Origin: a virus
Taxonomy: Duplodnaviria; Caudoviricetes
Strand: one strand, 5' to 3'
Virus record (IMG/VR): IMGVR_UViG_3300028888_000061
Coordinates: 1 to 64,000 of that record
Length of the DNA: 64,000 nt
Below the pieces are notes generated by a model that saw only the letters and a program-made list of their open reading frames with translations, made no database searches and had not been told where the DNA came from. Positions 59,001-64,000 of the stretch are shown here, piece by piece. A program made the position numbers and the translations under genes. How positions within the stretch are numbered: position 1 is the first letter of the stretch; each line of letters starts with the position of its first letter.

Positions 59001-62000
59001 TGGCGTGCTCTGTACGTTATTATTCGTGAAGAATCGGTTCTTTGCAGAGGTGCCACAGTTGTGGTTAATCACACCTTCTGCAATATAACGATGCAATGGA
59101 TGATCAACAGTGAGCGTGTATGCCTCTTTTTTTCCACAAGATTCAATAGAAATAACTTCCTCATAATCAAACACTTCAACAGGAAGACACGAGTCCTCAC
59201 ACAAACGCATTACAGAGTACAGTGAGTATCGCTTGTTGTGATACATCGCCTTAAATTTATTTCGTTCACCGACTTTCCAAACCTCTTTTGCGAGACTGTT
59301 TAGAGCAGTAGTCAGAAATGTCGGAACAGATTTTTTTGTGTTAATTCTAAACGGTATTGAGTCATCAAGGTACTTCCTAAAAGACTTAACACAAAATTGC
59401 AGTCTCCATTGTTGACTGTACGTTGGGTTCTTTTCAGTATCAATCTTTAACCTGTGTATCTTAGTACGGATTCCAACGTAATCGGCCAACTTTTGAAGTG
59501 AACACACTAAAGAATAAGACGTTATATTGAGACTACTATTCATCTTACCATCAGACTTACGTATATGTTTCTCTCCCTCTGCCTGATAAAATCCACAAAG
59601 AACCGAAAAAGCATCTGCCTTTGAGTGTATCACAGAAAAATCAATCTCACGTTCTTTCTGTGGAACGTTCGCAACTGGAAACCATTTCGACACAATCCTA
59701 CAAGCAGTTGCAGACATCTCAATAACATAAAGAGTGTCTTTGAGTTCACGCATACTATGACGCACACCTCTTTCAACAAGGTTGTTGTGGATATACATCA
59801 TGGCATCGTAGTCACCATGGTTAAAAAACAAGCGCAATGATTCTTTACGTCTTCTCTGAATTTTGCCACTATGTCCTACATAATATGACCCATCTCCCAA
59901 AAAGAATCCATAAAGAAACATCTCGAAATTTATTTGAAGTCCTTTAAAACTTACAGCAGTACGGCATAGGGAATCCCCACATTGAATCTCAGATGCAAAT
60001 CTCCACACATACCCAGTATCAGACGGACACAGAAACCTATGATCTGAGGTACATTCGATTGACTTTCCAGAAGAAAGAACGAAGCGCAGAAATTCCTGTT
60101 CGCCTGTTCTGACTAAAGAAGCCTTGGAATATACATCCTTTGCAATTTCAACATCATGTTCCTCTGTAATGTCTGCAATACGAACTAAACCTTGCCGTGT
60201 ATGAACCAAAGCATCAGGAGAAAAACAGCTCAATCTGCCTGTATTATGCGTAACGATACCATTTGCAACATACTCATGGACATCTTCAACCTCGATGTCA
60301 TAGACCTTTGTTTCTCCGCCAACCACTTCGACATTGGCCACTTTTGATTCGAGATAAAGGCGCATTTGCTTCGGAAAACGAATCGACGAAAACCGTTCAG
60401 TCAGCGGATCAAAGTCACTCCACAAATCTTTAAGATTAGACAATGCGTAAGGTTCGTGAATGTCGATGCGAGTCAGCTTGCACTCTCCGAACCACGCTTG
60501 AAATGAATGCTCAGTAACATCACAGCCAACAGATGCCGCCCACAGCATGGGAACAATAAGGTCACGTTCCTTTGACGGAATAATAAACACAACACGGTCT
60601 TTGTGAATACCGTCAACCCAATTCTCAGGTATGTCTTTCACGTTATAAGCCGCAACCGACGTTCCCTTAGAATCCAAATAACCACACAGGAAATGTCTAA
60701 ATGTGTCGTGTAGTACGGAACGAGCATGTGCAACACGAACATAAACACTCACGTTATCGACTTTCTTGTTTCCTTGCGAATCTGACTGTATCTCAGAAAT
60801 AAGTCCGAATTGCTCAAGTAACTGTGACAGCACGTGCCTGGTCACGCTATACTCAACGCATTTACTATCCACATCGTAACGAGAAACATTCTTCTCACCG
60901 AATAATGAAACAAGTAGCTCTCTGTAATACGATGATGTTTTCCCACGAGCAAACCTTAACGTAAACAAACATCCGTCGATATTTCGACCTTTGCCGTAGA
61001 AGTAGCCCATAATTCTAGCGAGAATACAAATCTTTCCATTATCGCATGATGAAGCAGCACATGTATGGTTGATGATTACAGGCTCGCCCGTTTTGAGGTC
61101 ACAAAGCCCGGCCCATTCGACATCATCCTTTGTCATTCCATGAGGGTTGATTGATTCCAAAGGTGATTTGCGAACAAGAACAGGATGCCTATCAGTTCCT
61201 TCAATGGTCATTCCATTCTGCAACGTAACACGAAACACCTTATCGACATCGTGAGCTTTGTTCCATAGTACTCGACGATACCCCCATGCTGTCCAAATCA
61301 TATCGTCCTGGGTCACATCTTTTATGGAAATGAAACCTTTGTCCTTCACAAGAACCGTATTGTTTTCTGTCAGACATGGGACACTGTTAGTCTTGTAAGA
61401 AAAACGAACAGGGTAAATGTCCTGCTCACTTGCAGTCTTGATGTACTTGTCAAGGTACGATGACTTGAACTTGACTGTCTTCTTGTATTCCTTGTAAGCC
61501 TTAATGAAATCCTTAATGTCCTGTCCAATTACTGAATTGTGTTTCACCATCCATGCATCAATGGTTTTCAGGTCGGCTTTCATGGCACCGGTTGCTGTAC
61601 GTGCACCTGTATCAACACCAAAGCGTTCAACAAGAATTTTTCCGAACTGCTGCGGAGCATTCAGATTGAATTGTGTTCCTGCTAAACGGTAAACTTCTTC
61701 ACGTGTGCGTTCGATTATGGCTTCTACTTGAGGAACAAGACTTTTTAAATATTCCGTATCAAGACGCTGAGGTGTATTCTCAAGACGCATCAATGGGTAA
61801 AGCATGTTGTTATCGAACCGACTTGCCGGGAGATTTTCACGGTAGAATTTATTCGACACAATAGCCAACTGATATGTTGATACGGCGTCAGTACAAGCAT
61901 AACGATAAGCGTCCTCGGCGGGAACGTGTTGGAACGTAACAGCGTCACCCAACGTCTCATCAAAGGTCTTTGGTTTCCATCCCAAAAAGTGACGTTCAGA

Positions 62001-62474
62001 TGCTTTCAGAGAAGGCATGACGACGTTCGTATCAGCAAGCCAGATTGCATTTTGAACGTCATAGTACGGCATTCCATCAAGCGTCCATCCTTTATGCTTC
62101 AGTGCCGCCTCAAGGAATCGTTGGTCAAATCGACAGTTAAAAAGGAACTGTGTTTTACGTGTCTTTTTCAGAATGGAATAAAAAATTTCAACGGCTTCCG
62201 TTCCAAGAGCCATATCATCATGGGCGACTGGTACATAGTATCCAGTTTCCCCGTCAAAGGAAAACGAGAACCCAACAAGGTAATCCATGTCAGGGTCAAG
62301 ACCGCTAGTCTCAGTATCCCATGCCGTATAATCATGTTCGACATCATGCACACGAAGTTCGTCAAGAGAACGAATAAGCACAAATGTCAAATCCTTGTCC
62401 CAATCATCCCGCTCTTCCACAGCCGGGATGTAATGAACGTAACCTTTATGCAAACTCTTTTTGTCATCAGCCAT
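56037..62474 (-). CDS. polA: Family A DNA polymerase (3'-5' exo plus pol) with four inteins; about 738 aa mature
   Basis: WDTETSG, FNCRFD, YACTD; TGRLS, IDM|CAEELR (motif A), RKKAKAASFGILYG (B), IHDE (C). Confidence 0.95.
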   Translation of the reverse strand: MADDKKSLHKGYVHYIPAVEERDDWDKDLTFVLIRSLDELRVHDVEHDYTAWDTETSGLDPDMDYLVGFSFSFDGETGYYVPVAHDDMALGTEAVEIFYSILKKTRKTQFLFNCRFDQRFLEAALKHKGWTLDGMPYYDVQNAIWLADTNVVMPSLKASERHFLGWKPKTFDETLGDAVTFQHVPAEDAYRYACTDAVSTYQLAIVSNKFYRENLPASRFDNNMLYPLMRLENTPQRLDTEYLKSLVPQVEAIIERTREEVYRLAGTQFNLNAPQQFGKILVERFGVDTGARTATGAMKADLKTIDAWMVKHNSVIGQDIKDFIKAYKEYKKTVKFKSSYLDKYIKTASEQDIYPVRFSYKTNSVPCLTENNTVLVKDKGFISIKDVTQDDMIWTAWGYRRVLWNKAHDVDKVFRVTLQNGMTIEGTDRHPVLVRKSPLESINPHGMTKDDVEWAGLCDLKTGEPVIINHTCAASSCDNGKICILARIMGYFYGKGRNIDGCLFTLRFARGKTSSYYRELLVSLFGEKNVSRYDVDSKCVEYSVTRHVLSQLLEQFGLISEIQSDSQGNKKVDNVSVYVRVAHARSVLHDTFRHFLCGYLDSKGTSVAAYNVKDIPENWVDGIHKDRVVFIIPSKERDLIVPMLWAASVGCDVTEHSFQAWFGECKLTRIDIHEPYALSNLKDLWSDFDPLTERFSSIRFPKQMRLYLESKVANVEVVGGETKVYDIEVEDVHEYVANGIVTHNTGRLSCFSPDALVHTRQGLVRIADITEEHDVEIAKDVYSKASLVRTGEQEFLRFVLSSGKSIECTSDHRFLCPSDTGYVWRFASEIQCGDSLCRTAVSFKGLQINFEMFLYGFFLGDGSYYVGHSGKIQRRRKESLRLFFNHGDYDAMMYIHNNLVERGVRHSMRELKDTLYVIEMSATACRIVSKWFPVANVPQKEREIDFSVIHSKADAFSVLCGFYQAEGEKHIRKSDGKMNSSLNITSYSLVCSLQKLADYVGIRTKIHRLKIDTEKNPTYSQQWRLQFCVKSFRKYLDDSIPFRINTKKSVPTFLTTALNSLAKEVWKVGERNKFKAMYHNKRYSLYSVMRLCEDSCLPVEVFDYEEVISIESCGKKEAYTLTVDHPLHRYIAEGVINHNCGTSAKNRFFTNNNVQSTPKPHAVMLKGRKATEQEIAEKRDILGWYFSNDIPDDDAKGLVEGMDPDNLNIRRAFLPENDQCYVVSIDMCLEGGSPVQTKRGYMGICEMKPGDEVWSPQGWVTVERIMRTGVKPMIKVYPDNGGQAIYCTENHPFILDGEQVKAKDIKGKVPRTELIEYSDDMNVFDGDSTPTSAYLLGFILCSGNILRYVKDENTSLLLVVWSEDEQHLRLIGKVLGGSYEIRHKVTEQSAWWVLHLSRNDVCERLLSLGILCGLTTSSDRVNFEWLGDNFRHFVRGMFDAIGSVKTDEGFTTELAGDASYMTEVQKRLEGQWKYIQKFRTYLRLQGTDEQEKFIYDYLYKDATLWVQQKRDVFDTWYMENFGEWEVPVWNCTVQTQEHQLYVQGMNVHQCAEELRIVANLYHEDTWIKAFNSGADVHKACYSPDTEFYVKSQGWMKAEQITSDMEIAYYDEKSDSFKFTRADKRATHKGKDVFVRSGVFNVTGNHRMYVSFDERGYHIERADNLRNCGNAKQRFQMKTAVGNRVDFKTALNEDTCESFILGFLSASDIKVVDKTLFVSYRPCFAFNYHAQAFIDKYCLVGCNALVVTDKGVAYLLEHDFDVTSGHVKDDALLFTSDAQHNGFVCGLLYGLSCRKDSTLGLGNGDDVHGRSYIQDKGLADWIQWHLTCSGYSCVVCHNIRSDRYALHMESRPNKDVGMTFHSVHEHSLTEGPVYSCFEVPGGLLVTRYDGRITVNGNTAVKLFGEENYTKDARKKAKAASFGILYGSGAQGFNQSFPDMTLDECREFMKKFKDALPAISQGQAENIAYARQYGDINTGFGRHRRVKFWLSSPDRAKQAFGERTTKNTAVQGTAADVLKIIFCRLWEKVFKPYPQVKFMSTIHDEVNFSIPIELAREVIPVCIKCMTIEREDWPVPLKCSLSISRTDLGSLVPFTYDADTDTYEPEWDTLEVKPKVTHTVEAKVVATEDESPSDDCVCGVSLDEIDF
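56787..57737 (-). mobile_element. PolA intein 4 (317 aa, ends GN|T)
   Basis: CYSPD...VTGNHR...CFEVPGG...NGN|T. Confidence 0.85.
57828..58793 (-). mobile_element. PolA intein 3 (322 aa, ends HQ|C)
   Basis: CLEGG...CTENHPF...VWNCTV...VHQ|C within motif A. Confidence 0.85.
59058..60227 (-). mobile_element. PolA intein 2 (390 aa, LAGLIDADG intact-looking)
   Basis: CFSPD...CTSDHRF...GFFLGDG...GFYQAEG...NHN|C. Confidence 0.9.
60243..61376 (-). mobile_element. PolA intein 1 (378 aa)
   Basis: CLTEN...GTDRHP...VYDIEV...THN|T. Confidence 0.9.
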
Positions 62475-62526
62475 TGTGATTCTCCTATGGTCAATATGGC
62501 GTTAAACGAAAATTGCCATGTTACGT

Positions 62527-62567
62527 AGAATACCACACAATACCTAATAGGAATGTGACAGCACCAC
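62527..62567 (-). promoter_or_regulatory. Phage promoter motif copy 10
   Basis: GTGGTGCTG, N26, TGTGG-TATTCT; upstream of polA. Confidence 0.75.
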
Positions 62568-62597
62568 TGACGAAACATGGCGACAAAGAATTTTTAA

Positions 62598-63149
62598 TTA
62601 CTTGTAGAAATGGTAGGCACAGACAGGTATGAAGGCTCCCCAAGACACGTTTATGTCTTCGTCTGTCTCTTCCAAGGCTTTTGAGAAAACAGCCTTTTCG
62701 TGACAGTAAGCACACACCGTGGACACTTCAATCAGCTCATCAGCTTCAGCCATCAGCACTATGATGCTGTCCCACAGACGCCCATCAGAAACCGTCCTTA
62801 AACCGAAACATTGAACGTCAACGGGAAGTACACCGTCACACAACAACCCGACAGACAGCAATCGAAGTTCATGTACTTGTGATGAAGTAAGAAACTGAAC
62901 CTCATCAACAAGCACAAGGTCAAAGTTTCGCAGCATGGAAGAATAAAAAGCCAGAGAATCATCTGCATTGAGCGTTATGTCTGCATGTTCGGAGATTCCA
63001 ATTCGTGATTGTACGCCATCACATCGTGTATCAACAGAAGGTTTTATAATGCACACACGCTTTCCAGTCTTTTTCCATGCGTGAGCACGTGCCAAAAGAG
63101 TCATTGACTTGGCGCTGTTTACAGTGCCGTAAAAGAATTTCAATGCCAT
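62598..63149 (-). CDS. tdk: Thymidine kinase
   Basis: GTVNSAKS, KPSVDTR, VDEVQFL, FGLR, CAYC...C..H. Confidence 0.9.
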   Translation of the reverse strand: MALKFFYGTVNSAKSMTLLARAHAWKKTGKRVCIIKPSVDTRCDGVQSRIGISEHADITLNADDSLAFYSSMLRNFDLVLVDEVQFLTSSQVHELRLLSVGLLCDGVLPVDVQCFGLRTVSDGRLWDSIIVLMAEADELIEVSTVCAYCHEKAVFSKALEETDEDINVSWGAFIPVCAYHFYK

Positions 63150-63772
63150 TACAAATTCTCCGGTCTTGGTTTACGAACTGGTCTTGGTGGAAGATTGCGA
63201 GGCTTCCATCTCGGTGAATGTGGAGGATTTCTGAAATCGATTTCAACCTTATCCTCAGACTGAACGTGCTGCACGAGGTTAATTAGTGTCGATGGCTGTA
63301 CAGAAGATTGCTGATTTGGAAGCTCCTTTACGTCTTCATCTGTTACATGATTCGCTTTTGACTTATGCTCTGGAACAGGTGAAGACGTAATAAATTCCTT
63401 TCGACCGTCTGGGAAGACAACCGTACTGTCATCAAACTGAATACCAAACACATCAGCATCGTTATGTGCGACTTTGTCAGTCTTCTTTGGTTTCGTCTTT
63501 TTATGCCCAACACGTTTGGTTTCAGCTTTACGTTGTTCAGAACGACACGGAATAACCGTTGAAGTTGGTCTCAATAAAGGCTTAATTTCGTTTGTGTGTT
63601 CATCTCTGTCTGGTTCAAGTTTTGGAAACATCAGCGAAGTACAACACAAATCCAATCCAAAAAAGAAAGCCTTTAACCACATAAAGAAAGAGACTTCCAT
63701 CACAACCGTGTCGGTATGATGAAGTCCAGAACCAATACACATCTGGTTGTCGATATGAAGTCTGATTTTCAC
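63149..63772 (-). CDS. Hypothetical protein with Pro/Arg-rich tail
   Basis: 207-aa ORF translationally coupled to tdk. Confidence 0.55.
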   Translation of the reverse strand: MKIRLHIDNQMCIGSGLHHTDTVVMEVSFFMWLKAFFFGLDLCCTSLMFPKLEPDRDEHTNEIKPLLRPTSTVIPCRSEQRKAETKRVGHKKTKPKKTDKVAHNDADVFGIQFDDSTVVFPDGRKEFITSSPVPEHKSKANHVTDEDVKELPNQQSSVQPSTLINLVQHVQSEDKVEIDFRNPPHSPRWKPRNLPPRPVRKPRPENL

Positions 63773-63969
63773 GGCAGGAAATCCATCAAGTCACCGTCAG
63801 AGACATCTCGTGTGGTAGAGACCACACCATCGGCTGTCTTCTGAACTTCTTTAGCCTGTTTACGAAGTTCCTTGTAATACTCGTCAAGGACTTCCGTAGC
63901 ACTGTTTATTTCAAATATTGTCATGTTGTCAGTCACATCGAACCCGATGTTCGCATGTTTACTCAGCAT
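63769..63969 (-). CDS. Small hypothetical protein
   Basis: GTGA overlap with the next gene. Confidence 0.5.
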   Translation of the reverse strand: MLSKHANIGFDVTDNMTIFEINSATEVLDEYYKELRKQAKEVQKTADGVVSTTRDVSDGDLMDFLP

Positions 63970-64000
63970 TACTTGGAGTCGGAATACCCCCTTCCAGAGT

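Noticed and set aside
1-64000. Stop-codon reassignment as in some large gut phages
   Set aside because: Conserved genes are full length in code 11, and TAA, TAG and TGA all terminate genes.
1-64000. CRISPR array or diversity-generating retroelement
   Set aside because: No regularly spaced repeats, no reverse transcriptase and no TR/VR pair were seen. The Cas4-like gene has no cas neighbours.

Overview
64 kb of a large, probably lytic, contractile-tailed (jumbo-like) dsDNA phage read in the standard genetic code. The host is probably a Gram-negative anaerobe, given a two-component spanin, a lipoprotein and an anaerobic NrdD/NrdG. Virion genes (baseplate, LysM wedge, tube-initiator-like, several tail-fibre-like genes, head closure) are interleaved with lysis genes (SLT, spanins, holin candidate), nucleotide and replication genes (FEN, dCMP deaminase, NrdD/G, ThyX, Tdk, DnaB, primase Zn finger, family A polymerase) and counter-defence genes (ArdA, Dam-like MTase, RNA ligase). 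The most notable structure is outside the ORF track. (1) Ten copies of a promoter-like motif, RTGGTGCTG-N26/27-TAnnnn, lie mostly upstream of replication and DNA-metabolism genes. (2) An IS200/IS605 OMEGA landscape: a TnpA-less tnpB element inserted at one of these promoters, a 44-bp fused-end miniature of it, further end scars, and an orphan IscB-type omega/HEARO RNA. (3) Four tRNA-like elements have damaged anticodon arms. (4) An 85-bp inverted-repeat element occurs three times. (5) The DNA polymerase carries four inteins, one ending in Gln, and NrdD carries a mini-intein at its catalytic Cys. (6) About eight otherwise mostly unrelated genes share basic, Glu-terminated N-terminal leaders typical of capsid-packaged internal proteins. 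All calls come from motif reading by eye; no searches were run.
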